Positions 39,299 to 54,244 of a DNA stretch of 64,000 nucleotides are shown here, one piece after another. A program made the translations under genes and the position numbers. The stretch is from Octopus vulgaris (Eukaryota), in assembly GCA_951406725.2 (NCBI GenBank), contig OX597820.1, positions 100,006,001 through 100,070,000 on the forward strand, in the 5' to 3' direction. Numbering within the stretch: the stretch's first letter is position 1; the number at the start of each line of letters is the position of its first letter. Under the pieces are notes generated by a model, which did not search any database, was not told where the DNA came from, and saw only the letters and a program-made list of their open reading frames with translations.

Positions 39299-40923
39299 CA
39301 GTGCTTGTGAAGGAAAGATAGTAGACGCTATCAAATGACGTTATAGAGAGAACGTGAAAGGAAAGGGAGAAAGAGAGAGAGAGATGGAAGAAGACAGGCA
39401 CACAATAGAATGTGATGGCTGCGAGGGAAAGATAATAGACGCTGTGAAACGACGTTATAGATAGAATTTGAAAGGAAGGGAGGAAAGAGAGTGAGTGATG
39501 GAGGAAGACAGATACATAAAAGAATGGGAGTAGACTTGTCAAAGTGCATTTTTGGCCCTAGCAACGACACCTTTTAAGATGGGGATTTCTAACCTAGACC
39601 ACTCGCATCTTTCCCTCATTTTACATGACCCTGTAAATTTTGGAGTCAATCCAACGGGATCTAGTGGCATTTAACCCGTTCTCAATGCCAAAATCAGACA
39701 AACAAACAAACTTTTCGCATTTCAGAATTATAATATAGAGAGTAGCTTAAGGTGACCCGCTCTACGCGTAGGTAAGAGTATGGTTGTTACTTTCTGTTAT
39801 TTCCTTTCGGCACGTAAAAAGCACCATCCGAACGTGGCCGATGGCAGCGCCGCCTTGACTGGCTTCTGTGCCGGTGGCACGTAAAAAGCACCAACCAATC
39901 GTGGCCGCTGCCAGCACCCCCTGGCACCTGTGCCGGTGGCACGAAATAAGCATCCACTACAATCACGGAGTAGTTGGCGTTAGGAAGGGCATCCAGCTGT
40001 AGAAACACTGCCAGATCAGACTGGAGCCTGGTGCAGCCTCCTGGGTTCCCAGACCCCGGTCGAACCTTGCAACCCGTGCTAGCATGGAAAACGGACATTA
40101 AACGATTATGATGATGTTGATTCTCCCTCTTTGCTTCTCTCTCCATTCTCTTTCACTTTCCCACTCTCTTACTCTTCCTTTCTCTCGGACTCTCCCTCGC
40201 TTTCTCTTACTCTCTATCTTTATCTATCTCGCTCCCATTTATAAAAAACAAAAGATCTTGAGTAAGTTGAGAAAGAAAATATTTTGAAATATCAATCATA
40301 AATATCAGGCAGTGACAACGGAAAGGTCTACTGCAAGGCAGACAGCAAAACACTAACATTTAAAAGGGACAGACGAACTTGCTAGCTGTAATAAAATATT
40401 GGAAACCAAAGTTTGAAGGGATAGAATCTGAGGATAGTAGAGTCACCATGGCTGGCATTTCTTAACGACGGACAGCAACGCAGTGGCAGTTTAACGGCTG
40501 GCGTAAAACTTTGAACTTGATGTAAAAGAAAATTGCTAAACATCAAGTTTTGAAGTGATTCTTTCTCACGACAGTAGACTCACCATGGCAAGCATTCAAA
40601 TCTTCTTCATCATGGACGGCAACACATTTAAGATTAAAAGGCTGGCGCAAATTTTTTAGCTTGATGTAACAGAGAATTCCTAAACACCCGCTCCTGTAAA
40701 TTTTAATCCCCTTCCAGCCCCATTTAGACCCCTTTTCACATTTTGGTTAATATAACCTGATTTCACTCGGGTCTACTCGGGCCACATTTTATAAGATGAA
40801 GAATTTTGTCCTAGAGGCAACGCCTTTCATTTGAGGATAAAAATAGTTGCCATTGCAAACTCGCCAGTACTTTTAACATAGGTGTGCATGTTTTCCGCTC
40901 AACCGACCACATAATGCACACAT

Positions 40924-40996
<73 letters not shown>

Positions 40997-41726
40997 GTGC
41001 ACGCATTATATATAAAAAAGTATGCAAATTATATATATATATATATATATATAAATACAGATATATACACTTTGTATATATACATCATATATACATATTT
41101 ATATATAGAACACATCACACACACACACACACATATAAATTAACCCAATAAATATCTGATTCATAATATTTGTTCTCATGATTGTGTGGTGGTGGTGGTA
41201 GCGATGATAATTCTCTCTATGAATGCAGACAGACGTAAATAGAGAGAGAGGGTTACAGCGCTAATGAAGGCGAAAGGGAAATATATTTAGACTTTCGCTC
41301 GTTTCTCTTCCTCTCTATCTTTCTCTATCTATCTCTCTCCCATTTATAAACAACAAAAGATGTTGAGTAAGTTGAGAAACAAAATATTTTTACGCTTTTC
41401 AAACCCTTCGTCGTTATTCTCATTCACTCATTATTACTTACTCCCTTCCTTTCACGTTCTCTCTATAACGTTATAGAGAGAATGTGAAAGGAAGGAGTTA
41501 GACGCTGTGAAACTTCGTTATAGAGAGAAAATGAATGGAAGGGAGGTAGACGTCATGAAACGACGTTATAGATAGAAGTTGATGGGAAGGGAGAAAAGAG
41601 AGTGAGTGATGGAGGAAGACAGATATATAAAAGAATGTGAGTAGACTTGTCAAAGTACGTTTTAGGCCTTAGCAACGACACCTTTTAAGATAGGGATTTT
41701 CGCATTTCAGCTTTATAATATAGAGA
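38326..41726 (-). mobile_element. Helitron family 2 dimer, unit B copy
   Basis: Same termini as 9805-13486; internal junction at 39742/39741. Confidence 0.75.
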
Positions 41727-42352
41727 TAATGATGTGTGTGCGTGTATGAGTGTGTGTGTGTGTATGTGTGTGTGTGTGTGTGCGCGTGTGTTTATGTGTG
41801 TGTGCGTGTGAGCGTGTGTGAGTGTATAGTTATATCCAGTTAAGTACAGTATAAAGTTCGTTCACGGATACATGGAAAAGGTCCTATCTTCCAGGGACGT
41901 GACATGTTGAACCCCACGTTTAAGTGCTAAAAATTTATTGTTCGTCTTATCTAACAAACGTAGAAACGATTCTGAAAATGTCAGTTCCATCAGATGTAAA
42001 CCAACTGAGATCGTTCTTGGGCTGCTTAGCTATTAATGTATGATCCTACCTTCCATGCAACGTTTCAGTGAACCTTAAACCATCTGCTTCAGAAAGATAC
42101 AAAAACACGAAGCCTTCGAAGAGGCGAAAGAATTATCGCAATCTTATTTATCACTAACTTATTATAACCCGAAACTGGAAATAACAGCGGCTGCAGATGC
42201 CATGGAAACGAGCGGATACCTGAAAACTTTCTGCTTAGCTCCCTTGAACGATTGGACTTTTGCTTACTTCCCTTGAATCATTAAGCAAACAAAACCCGTC
42301 TGTATGAGCGAACTTGCAGCTTATTTGAGACTTGTGTTGCTTGTCGGGGCAA

Positions 42353-42425
<73 letters not shown>

Positions 42426-42433
42426 TGTATGTA

Positions 42434-42509
<76 letters not shown>

Positions 42510-43318
42510 CTGTGTGTGTCTGTGTGTGTGCGTGCGTGCAAAACTAGTACAGTTGAAGATGACCAGAATTTCTTTTTCTATCAATAGTTAATGATTTAGG
42601 ATTAGTTTTCACTCGATTTATTAACTCTAAACTTGTTAGTTTTCACTAGTTTCAATCGTCTTCATGTCGTGCTTCAAGTTTAAAATTTTCACACTGCATA
42701 ACTGACAAAATCCTCCTCCTTCAGTATGATGCTCTTTATACCTTTCTGAAAATGGTTTTGATTCCAGAGACAACTAGGTACATAAACGTAGGTGTAAAAA
42801 TGGTCGTTATTTGAACGTGAAATACTGATTTCTTTCATTTTTCAATGAATAGCAGATGAGCGACTATATTTTGATACAGACACAGTACAGGCTACGCTTT
42901 CAGGCTTTTTGGAAAGGTTTTCAGGAGTAACCCAATAGGTTTACTATTAATTCCGTGAAATATTCACGGGTGTCGCTAGTACATATACATGTACATGCAT
43001 GCATGTATGCATACATACATACATACATACATACATACATACATACATACATACATACATACATACATACATACATACATACATACATACAGGCAGACAG
43101 ACAGACGTATAGACAGACAAACATACATGTGTGTGTGTGAGTACATACATACATATATACATGCAATGACGGAGGTACGGCAAAAGCACCCCACCTCCTT
43201 AATTTTATTGAGTTTTTTTTTGTCTTGGGGTATATGGCGCAGTGGTTAAGAGCACGGGATACTAACCCTAAGATTCCGAGCTTGATTCCAGGGAGTGTTC
43301 TGATTAATAATAATAATG

Positions 43319-43425
<107 letters not shown>

Positions 43426-44229
43426 ATGATAATAATAAATGCCCTGATGCAGTACCAGGCAGTTATCTCATGGCTCCTGATGTTAGCTGATTGGAAGTGT
43501 TAGCATGTACCTTTCATAAAGTCACTGCCGCAAAAATATTTTTATTTTTTGCAAGTAAAATTTTGAAATAAAGGTGAATATTTGATAATATTTAACAAAT
43601 ATTAGCTATACTTGCGTTATAAAGAGGCCAATGTAACTCACCAGATTACTGTGCGACCTGTCTACGAGCCAACCCAAATATCTACGTTAACAACCACAAA
43701 CTAAGGATGCGACCTATCAACTGATGCTGCGACCTATCCACTGGTGCGACCTATCCTCTGGTGTGACCTATCCACTGATGCGAACGATCCACGAGCATAT
43801 AGCGGGTTTCTATGTTGTTTCTCAACTTGATGGAAATCAAACTCTTACACACTTCCGTATTAGAAACGGAAATGTGTATTACATACAACTAACTTTTGTA
43901 TTTAACACCTGAGAGAAAGAACAATGTGGTAATGAATTTTTAGATGATATTTCTATTCAGTGAAGTTTCACTTGTGACTGAATAACAACATATTAACCGT
44001 AACAGTAATACACTCGGCAATCACAAAACTACACCAACGATCAGAAGAACAACAAGTACAAAATGCGCATTGTGTAAAAATGTACTGGAATACTTACATG
44101 CAAAATATATACTGACTATTGAAACTAAAACACTGAGTTTTGGTGTGATGATCATTTTTCAGTTTGTACGGAAAGACACAAATAATTGAAGATAAGAAAA
44201 TGCCTCTCAATGCGTATTGCTTTAACAGC

Positions 44230-46151
44230 TGATTGCCATTGTTGTTTATGATACTAGAATGTAGGTAATTGCCCAATGATTGATAAGAGACGAACTGTTG
44301 ACAGGAACTACCTAGTGAGCTGGTCTTCAGAGATGGGACTCCCGGTTTGGTAGCGGGGGGGGGGACTTCGCATTCGCCCTCACAGTGTGTAACTGAACGA
44401 AACGAAATAGATACTACACCAACACACTCTCGTTCGCGATTGATTTTTTTGTGTGTGTGTGTATAGCTTAACGAATCTATAAAACTTTACTTTCTGCTTC
44501 TCTGCCTCACCTGTCATAAATACTTAGTGTATACAGAAATCGATTCAATTGATTGTATGTCACTAACCTACAATCACAGTCATGGAGCTCTAAGATGTGG
44601 GTGTTAAGGGCCCCTTGTGGGTGGGTGTCTTAATGTCAACCAGAGAAGTTGAATTGTTGAGAATCTTTTAAACTTGGGTCTTATATCTATTGTTTGAATT
44701 TCCTTAAAATAGGAAATATATGTATGTTCACTGAGTTTGTAAAAGAGAGCAAAACTACAGGAAACCAAAGGACGAATGATCATAATAAGCAGCCAGCTAC
44801 CGCACCCTAGTCGTTACCACTCCCAATGTAGGATTCCTCACCATCCATGTGACAGGCACAGCCGTAAGTTGCATTACGGATCTATAGCAATTGGAATGGC
44901 GTGACCCAACTGAAATAAACATTGACAACTGCTTGACGTGAGGGCTAAGGAGAGATGAAAGTGTCACCTCTGGAGTTTGCAAATGACCACTATACTGATA
45001 AGTAACTGAACAGAATAAATTTACAATCTATAAATGTTTTTGAATAACCAGTCACTCATCTGGGAAGGCCTTGGAATCAATGTTACCAACTGGGGACTAT
45101 GTGTGACCCAGTGATAATAAAAAGACTGAAAGGAGATCTGCAACCAAATAACTTTACTCAGCACTTTGCAACTGAATCAGTGGAGGCAAAAATGCCTCTC
45201 ATATACTTGACAATTTATGCACCACATTGCAGAAATCACAATCTAAGTGTATGTCAAAGTAAACTCTTACACAGTTGTACCATTGAATTACAAATAATGT
45301 TCATCTTTTTATGCTCGGGTTGCCCTACAGCTTCCTGCTTAGATAAAATGACTAAATTGTAAGAAGAAATTTTATAAATATTACTTCATTTGTTTCTAAG
45401 GAAAAATATACGAATTGTCATGGGAGTTATGGCCCTTATGCATAGAGTATAATTTCCCAATTTCGTAAAGATCCATTGTTTTATATGTTTATTTCCTTTT
45501 ACACAATATTAAAACAGCGGCTAAAGATTTTCTGAAGCAGTATCCCCACTAATTTTATCAACGAGTCACCACTGACTGTGATTGTAGGTTAGTGACATAT
45601 AAGAAAGAAGTAATTTCTACTCTTCTCCTCTGGAAGCCATCTACTCGCAATACCAGAGGGCGCACACTCTCCTACCCTGATGTAATCTCCAGGGCTACAG
45701 GCATCCAGCAACAGGACCTCCGTAATGCCATGATGGACCGTGAAGTCTGGCGTAGCATGGTAAATTCCATTGTCTCGACCATGGTCGAACAATGATGATG
45801 ATGATGACATATAATCAATTGTATCGATTTCTGTATACACTAAGTATTTATGACAGGTGAAGCAGTAAAGCGGAAAGTAAAGTTTTATAGATTCGTTAAG
45901 CTATACAAAAAAAAAAATCAATCGCGAACGAGAGTGTGTTGGTGTAGTATCTATTTCGTTTCGTTCAGTTACACACTGTGAGGGCGAATGCGATCGGCCA
46001 TCTCAGATTTCAGGCAAGAGTCCCCAACCCACCAAACTGGGAGTCCTTCTCTGCAGACCAGCTCACTAGCTAGTTCCTGTTAACAGTTCGTCTGTTATCA
46101 ATCATTGAGTAATTACCTACATTCTAGTATCATAAACAACAATGGCAATCA
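44230..46151. mobile_element. Foldback-like element with about 350-bp imperfect terminal inverted repeats
   Basis: 44230-44582 is the reverse complement of 45573-46151 once the RTE insert is removed; about 1 kb non-coding core; no TSD seen. Confidence 0.7.
45603..45804 (+). mobile_element. 5'-truncated RTE-type LINE 3' end
   Basis: Encodes ...RGRTLSYPDVI...MMDREVWRSMV followed by a (GAT)n tail; 10-bp TSD tgacatataa (45593-45602 and 45805-45814). Confidence 0.8.
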
Positions 46152-46209
46152 ATCGTGTCCAGCTCTATGTATTTGTATTCACTTACACACTTGCATGATG
46201 AATGTATAA

Positions 46210-46620
46210 CTCTTTTACTCTTTTAATTGTTTCAGTCATTTGACTGCGGCCATGCAGGAGCACCGCCTTTAGTCGAGCAAATCGACCCCGGGACTTAATC
46301 ATTGTAAGCCCAGTACTTATTCTATCGGTCTCTTTTTGCCGAACCGCTAAGTGACGGGGACGTGAACACACTAGCATCGGTTGTCAAGCAACGCTAGGGG
46401 GACAAACACAGACACACAGACATACACACACATACATATATATATATACATATATACGACAGGCTTCTTTCAGTTTCCGTCTACCAAATCCACTCACAAG
46501 GCATTGGTCGGCCCGAGGCTATAGCAGAAGACAATTGCCCAAGATGCCACGCAGTGGGACTGAACCCAGAACCATGTGGTTGGTAAGCAAGCTACTTACC
46601 ACACAGCCATTCCTGCGCCT
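46210..46620 (-). mobile_element. tRNA-derived SINE, major family, full length
   Basis: Reverse complement of the same consensus. Confidence 0.85.
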
Positions 46621-46729
46621 ACGTATGTATGCATGTCTGTGTAATATGAAAGATAAATGAATGTGCATGTGTCTTTGTGTGCGTGAGTACAAATACATAA
46701 AGCTGAACACGCTCGCACACAGACAGACA

Positions 46730-46772
<43 letters not shown>

Positions 46773-47876
46773 CTTTCATATGTACGTACATACATAAATA
46801 AATACATACATTGTGCAAGTATGTTTTTCTGTGTGTATGATTTAATACAACACACACACATATACACTCATTGTCGGCGAAGGTAAAGAATACGCACACT
46901 CGGTGTTTAGGGTTAGGGTTATGCTGAAAACGAGTAGCATTCTTCACCTCCGCTCCATTACCTTTCATATACAGGAACCTATATAACGACACGAACACCC
47001 ATTATTTTCACGTACGTCTACATAATTGTGCTCGCTCACCCGCCTCTTTCACTTTAGAAAATAAATAAAATAACGATCAACCAGTGACAAATGCGAGTGA
47101 TCAACAACAGCAGTCAAAGCAATACGCATTGAGAGGCATTTTCTTATCTTCAATTATTTGTGTCTTTCCGTACAAACTGAAAAATGATCATCACACCAAA
47201 ACTCAGTGTTTTAGTTTCAATAGTCAGTATATATTTTGCAGGTAAGTATTCCAGTACATTTTTACACAATGCGCATTTTGTACTTGTTGTTCTTCTGATC
47301 GTTGGTGTAGTTTTGTGATTGCCGAGTGTATTACTGTTACGGTTAATATGTTGTTATTCAGTCACAAGTGAAACTTCACTGATTAGAAATATCATCTAAA
47401 AATTCATTACCTCATTGTTCTTTCTCTCAGGTGTTAAATACAAAAGTTAGTTTTATGTAATACACATTTCCGTTTCTAATACGGAAGTGTGTAAGAGTTT
47501 GATTTCAATCAAGTTGAGAAACAACATAGAAACCCCCTATATGCTCGTGGATTGGTCGCATCAGTGGATAGGTCACACCAGAGGATAGGTCGCACCAGTG
47601 GATAGGTCGCACCAGTGGATAGGTCGCAGCATCAGTTGATAGGTCGCATCCTTAGTTTGTGGTTGTTAACGTAGATATTTGCGGTTGGCTCGTAGATAGG
47701 TCGCACAGTAATCTAGTGAGATACATTGGCCTCTTTATAACGCAAGAATAGCTAATATTTGTTAAATATTATCAAATATTCACCTTTATTTCTAAATTTT
47801 ACTTGCAAAAATAAAAATATTTTTGCGTCAGCGACTTTATGAAAGGTACATGCTAACACTTCATTTATTATTATTA

Positions 47877-47987
<111 letters not shown>

Positions 47988-48183
47988 TCACTCCCTGGAA
48001 TCAAACTCGGAGTCTTAGGGTTAGTTTAACGAGTTCTTAACCACTGCGCCATATGCCCAAGGGCAAAAACAAAATTAAGGAGGTGGGGGTGCTTATACTT
48101 TACCTCTGTCATTACCTGTATATATGTTTGCATGTCACACACACACGCATGTCTGTCTGTCTGTCCGTATGTATGTATGTATG

Positions 48184-48212
<29 letters not shown>

Positions 48213-48214
<2 letters not shown>

Positions 48215-48730
48215 CCCAGTACAACCTGTTGCACGGTCGGGTCGTTGGCGACTAAACCGGCAACCCCACCAAGCTTGCTTGGTGAGGAGGGTGTTTATTG
48301 GACACCCTGCGAGATGAAAAACAAAGCCCGTCAAAGGGCGGAGGAACTCTTGAGAGTCAACGGCCATCCAATAAATGTCTTAAGGCTGGATCATGCGTGA
48401 GGACAGAAATAATCGGACTGAATACCCGATCGCGCGGTTAAACCATTGGGAGTGAAGGACTCCTAGTCTTTGTTAGGGCATCCTTCTAGGAGAAGGTAAC
48501 TCGGGTAACTGGGATAACTCCGATATAAAACCTGTAACTCAGTGCTTACAGATGATGTTGACTTGTTCTTCTTTTCGGATTATGGCTGCTGTTGCTTAGT
48601 GAGTGGGATTGACTCAATGCACAGCCTTTCCCCACTTTAAAAAAAAATGTCTTGCACAGGCATTGCACGATAACAACATTGATTAAGCTTCGTGCAATGG
48701 CCATACTCGATAACGAGGGGGCAGCCACAA
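48213..48730 (+). mobile_element. About 0.5-kb insertion into a (TATG)n tract; related to about 21500-21960
   Basis: Absent from the paralogous (CATA)n tracts at about 14420-14515 and 43010-43090. Shares the segment tgggagtgaagg..ctcctag..ccttctaggagaagg with about 21675-21735. Confidence 0.65.
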
Positions 48731-49214
48731 TGTATGTATGTATGTATGCATGCATGTACATGTTTATGTACTAGCGACACCTGTGAATATTTCACGGAAT
48801 TAATAGTAAACCTATTGGGTTACTCCTGAAAACTTTTTCAAAAAGCCTGAAAGCGTAGCCTTTACTGTGTCTGTATCAAAAGATAGTCGCTCACCTGCTA
48901 TTCATTGAAAAATGAAGGAAATCAGTATTTCACATTCAAATAATGACCATTTTTACACTCAGATTTATGTACCTAGTTGTCTCTGGAATCAAAACCATTT
49001 TCAGAAAGGTATAAAGAGCATCATACTGAAGGAGGAGGATTTTGTCAGTTATGCAGTGTGAAAATTTTAAACTCGAAGAACGACATGAAGACGATTGAAA
49101 CTAGTGAAGTGCTAACGAGTTTAGAGTTAATAAATCAAGTGGAAACTAATCCTAAATCATTAACTATTGATAGAAAAAGAAATTCTGGTCATCTTCAACT
49201 GTAGTAGTTTTGCT

Positions 49215-51300
49215 GTGCAAAAACGTTATGGAAAGTTTTGCCCCGACAAGAAACACTCAAGGGAGGTAAGCATAATGTTTTTAGGTATCCGCTCGTTTCC
49301 AAGGCATCTGCAGCCGCTGTTATTTCCAGTTTCGAGTCATAATAAGTTAGTGATAACTCAGATTGCAATAATTCTTTCGCCTCTTCAAGTTAGGATCATA
49401 CATTAATAACTAAGGAGCCCAAGAACGATCTCAGTTGGTTAAAATCTGATGGAACTGACATTTTCAGAATTGCTTCCACATTTGTTGGGTCTGGTTACGA
49501 CTGTTTTCGTTTATAATAAATCAAAGATATTTTATTGATGTCATATAAAATTGCATTAATTCTTTTTTACTTGAGAACCAAATGAATTCATTCTATGGGA
49601 AAGAGTATCGAATCGATGAAACAATTCTTCGTTTATTGAACCAGCCACTATAATATCGTCCAAATAAGTTGAAACTTCAGATATGTCTGCAGTCGTTGAA
49701 TCCATTACTTGTGGAAATATAGCTGGAGCCGTTTTTCATTTCGAATGGCAATCATTGATATCGGTAAAGACCTCTGTGAGAATTAAATTTTAACAGCTGT
49801 TTTCAATTTATCATCAACTTCAATTTGTAAGTAAGCATCAGCCAGATCTATTTTTGTGAAGGAACGGCAACCATTAAGCTTACTGAAAATATCTTCAGGA
49901 ATAGGTAGCAGTGGTCTTAATCGAGTCGAAAAATCTGCACAAAGTGAATAGAACCTTTTGCTTTGCTAACCACCAATGCTAGTGCTGCCTAAGTTGAATA
50001 GTTAACAGGTTTCATTATGTCTAATTGTACCAGATGGTCTAACTCTTGGTCAGCCTTGAACTTGGATGCATACAGAACTGGTCTGCGAGGCCTAAATATA
50101 GGCTGTAAATGAGGTTTTAGTGACAAATGTAGTTTGTATAACTTGCGAGGCCACAAGAAATTTTTGAAAACGTGTGAATATTCTTCCTCTAGCGCATATG
50201 TCTTTGTGGGTGTTTCTCCCGCATCCACACTGGACAATCAGTCAGAACTTTGGTTTTTAATCCATTTTAAACCTGCTACCATGAGTAAAGCGGAAAGAAA
50301 CTGCAGTCAAATTACAAAATGAAGTATTAGTTCTTAGGTGTGGAGTTAAAAGATTTTGCAAAATGTTGCACGGAAAATACATCCCTTGTACCTATTTTCG
50401 GTTCGGAAAAAATGCGCTCTAGTTTATTCAGCAAATTGCTTACAAAGATGAGCAAAAATGATACTGGGGTATAACTTTTAACTCAAATACAAGGCAACGA
50501 GTGAATCTGATGAAGCTGATGTATTATCGTATCTCCTGGTGAATCAAAAAGTTAGACAACAAACATGTTGTTATTGCTTCCATTTCTGTAGGTATGATGT
50601 GCAAAATGCTTTATTTACCGTGACAGATACTTAGAAGGTCTGATTGGCAACCACGGCCAGTACCTGAAAAACCAGGGTCCAGGGTTCGCATTGATTTTAC
50701 TGATCCTACAATTGGTAAATATTTTTTATTACATAATGGATGCTATTTCATAGTGGAGTGAAATTTTCATAACCACTGCTATTTCAACTTCATCCATAAT
50801 TCACAAGCTAAAGCAAGTGTTCAGCCAATTCGGATTCCAAGAAACCCTAGTTTCAGATATTGGATCTCAGGTAATGAAGTCAAGTTTCCCTTGAAGAGAA
50901 GTCTCTTGCAGAACTTGTGATTAGGAGACAAATTCAAACTATTATGTAGATATTTTGCTACATATTTGTAGAAAAAAAAGCAAAACGGATTTATTCGATT
51001 AACACAAGAGGTTCATGAGATAGTTCTGCCTTGGACAGCCAATGTGGGTACGGCAATTTATAAAAGAAACTTTTATGTGGTCGCCAGGTATAGTAAAAAA
51101 GCGATGTGGGAAAGTTATATAGCTTAATTGGAAAATCAAATCTAGACAACATATAATTCCGAATATTTTGCAGGAAGAATTCAGTTTACCTTCATCACAA
51201 GAATATAGGCAAAAGAATGATATCCGAAGTCACCTCAGACAAAATTCAACACGAGTACGCCAGAAGCGAAACAAGATCATTTTAGACCAGCTCAAACACT
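49215..51300 (-). mobile_element. Ty3/Gypsy LTR retrotransposon pol relic
   Basis: Broken frames encode PIFRPRRPVLYA..DQELDHLVQLDIMKPVNYS, PIPEDIFSKLNGCRSFTKIDLADAYLQIEVD, YLDDIIVAG and PDPTNVEAILKM. The upstream limit is uncertain. Confidence 0.8.
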
Positions 51301-52061
51301 CTGGCAGTTGAAGTTATAATTTTTGTTGATGGGGGATTGGTTAAGGATAGGACGAACAATAACTTTTTAGCACTTAAAAGGTGGGGTTCAACTTGTCGCG
51401 TCTCAGGAAGCCAGGTCCTTTTCCAGGTACGCGGGAAAGAACTTTATACTGTACTTACCAGGATATAACTATATACACACGCACACACATAGACACACAC
51501 ACTCGCACAGACACAGGCACACACACACACACGCACGCACACACACACACACACACACAAACACAGACAAGGAATAAAATAGAAGAATTAAGAGTAAAAG
51601 TAGTTAGAAGAATATAGGCAGGAGAATAGTGTTCACAACTCACTTTTTCCATAGGATATGGATGTTGGTCAGTACTTCTATGAAGGTACAGGTTTTCAGT
51701 GAAAAAAAAAGGTAAATCACGGCAGTAAAAAGTCTCTGATGGCAGAATACTCAGTGCACGGACATGCTAACCAGCTACTTGGGTTATTCCGGAAACGGCT
51801 GTAAGACTTCCAATTCACCTAACCCTAATGAGATTATTTTAAATGACTTGAGATACTCGTTCTGACTTGGTTTTGATTTTTCCTCTAATATGATATATAC
51901 CATCTATAATGGAACCATAAAACGAATCCCTAGATCCATCCTTAGTTGTGATCTTGGAACGTAACAGTCAGCCAACTGTAGCACTTACCCAGGACACCTA
52001 TTCCTTTAGATCATAAGTGAACTAAATCCATCATATTCTTTATGTGTGCGTATATATATAC

Positions 52062-52370
52062 ATCACATGATCACGTGACGATCACGTGACCGACCAGACC
52101 ATCAGATGTATTTACACATCGCTGGTCACAATGCGTTCGCATTGTTTTAGCCTTCGAATGACGCCACCCCGCTGGCTAAGCGAGCAGGCCAACAGAAGAA
52201 AGAGTGGGAGAAAGAGTGGTGAATGAGTACAGCAGAGATCACCACCCCCTGCCGGAGCCTCGTTAGGTGTTTTCGCTTAATAGACACTCACAACGCCCGG
52301 TCTGGGAATCGAAACCGCGATCCTGCGACCGCGAGTCCGCTGCCCTAACCACTAGGCCATTGCGCCTCCA

Positions 52371-52372
<2 letters not shown>
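52062..52372 (-). mobile_element. Third tRNA-derived SINE family
   Basis: Minus-strand head gcgcaatggcctagtggttagggcagcggactcgcg...ggtttcgattccc followed by a non-tRNA body. Confidence 0.75.
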
Positions 52373-52465
<93 letters not shown>

Positions 52466-52467
<2 letters not shown>

Positions 52468-52693
52468 GGCGGCGAGCTGGCAGAAACGTTAGCACGCCGG
52501 GCGAAATGTGTTGCCGTATTTCGTCTGCTGTTACGCTCCGAGTTCAAATTCCGCCGAGGTCGACTTTGCCTTTCATTCTTCCGGGGTCGATAACTTAAGT
52601 ACCAGTTACGCACTGGGGTCGATGTAATCGACTTAATCGCTTTGTCTGTCCTTATTTGTCTCCTCTGTGTTTAACCCCTTGTGTGTAGTAAAG

Positions 52694-52696
<3 letters not shown>
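52466..52696 (+). mobile_element. Second tRNA-derived SINE family (diverged copy at about 18296-18514, minus strand)
   Basis: Head ggcggcgagctggcagaa, B box gagttcaaattcc, core ggggtcgat and tail cccttgtg..taaagaaat. Confidence 0.8.
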
Positions 52697-52749
<53 letters not shown>

Positions 52750-52752
<3 letters not shown>

Positions 52753-53838
52753 ATGCAATACGAGAGTATTGCTTTCCAGTAAAGAATCGCCCGTGAGGGA
52801 AAATTATACATAGAAGTAAATATATGGCACAACGAAGTACCGATATTTACTGGAAAATAGCGAACGTAATAAATACGACGCTAATGTATAGCTTCACCGC
52901 GTATGTACTAGCAAAAATGCGTGTGTGCAACAAACTTGAAAAAAGTTGTCTTACCTCCAGGGAGAATATCTGAAAGATGAAATACCTAGAAAGGGATAAT
53001 CTGGTACCGGTTTGAGATTTTTAAGATATGTCTGCACACATATACTTGATTTATCTTCATCAGCCAACATATACCTCGACAACATTTCAATTGTTGCCAC
53101 ATCAATACCAATACACTCGACTGAAACGCCAAAACGCTGACAGAACGAGAACAGTGAAGAAGTTCCAATAAAAATAGTAATGCAATACGAGAGTATTGCT
53201 TTCCAGTAAAGAATAGCCCGTGAGGGAAAATTATACATAGAAGTAAATATATGGCACAACGAAGTACCGATATTTACTGGAAAATAGCGAACGTAATAAA
53301 TACGACGCTAATGTATAGCTTCACCGCGTATGTACTAGCAAAAATGCGTGTGTGCAACAAACTTTAAAAAAATTGTCTTACCTCCATTCTTTACTGGAAA
53401 GCAATACTCTCGTATTGCATTACTATTTTTGTTGAAACTTCTTCACTGTTCTCGTTCTGTCAGCGTTTTGGCGTTTCAGTCGAGTGCATTGGCATTGATG
53501 TGGCAACAATTGAAATGTTGTCGAGGTATATGTTGGCTGATGAAAATAAATCAAGTATATGTGCGCAGACATATCTTGAAAAATCTCAAGCCGGTACCAC
53601 ATTATCCCTTTCTAGGTATTTCATCTTTCAGATATTCTCCCTGGAGGTAAGACAATTTTTTTCAAGTTTGTTGCACACACGCATTTTTGCTAGTACATAT
53701 GCGGTGAAGCTATATATAAGCGTCGTGCTTATTCCAGTAAATATCGGTACTTCGTTGTGCCATATATTTACTTCTATGTATAATTTTCCCTCACGGGCTA
53801 TTCTTTACTGGAAAGCAATACTCTCGTATTGCATTACA

Positions 53839-53882
<44 letters not shown>

Positions 53883-54154
53883 CTTTACTACTCACAAGTG
53901 GTTAAACATAGTAATGCAATACGAGAGTATTGCTTTCCAGTAAAGAATGGAGGTAAGACAATTCTTTTCAAGTTTGTTGCACACACGCATTTTTGCTAGT
54001 ACATACGCGCTGAAGCTATACATTAGCGTCGTATTTATTACGTTCGCTATCTTTCAGTAAATATCGGTACTTCGTTGTGCCATATATTTACTTCTATGTA
54101 TAATTTTCCCTCACGGGCTATTCTTTACTGGAAAGCAATACTCTCGTATTGCAT

Positions 54155-54244
<90 letters not shown>

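Noticed and set aside
45099-45362. Possible transposase in the foldback core
   Set aside because: Short, with no DDE or other recognisable motif.
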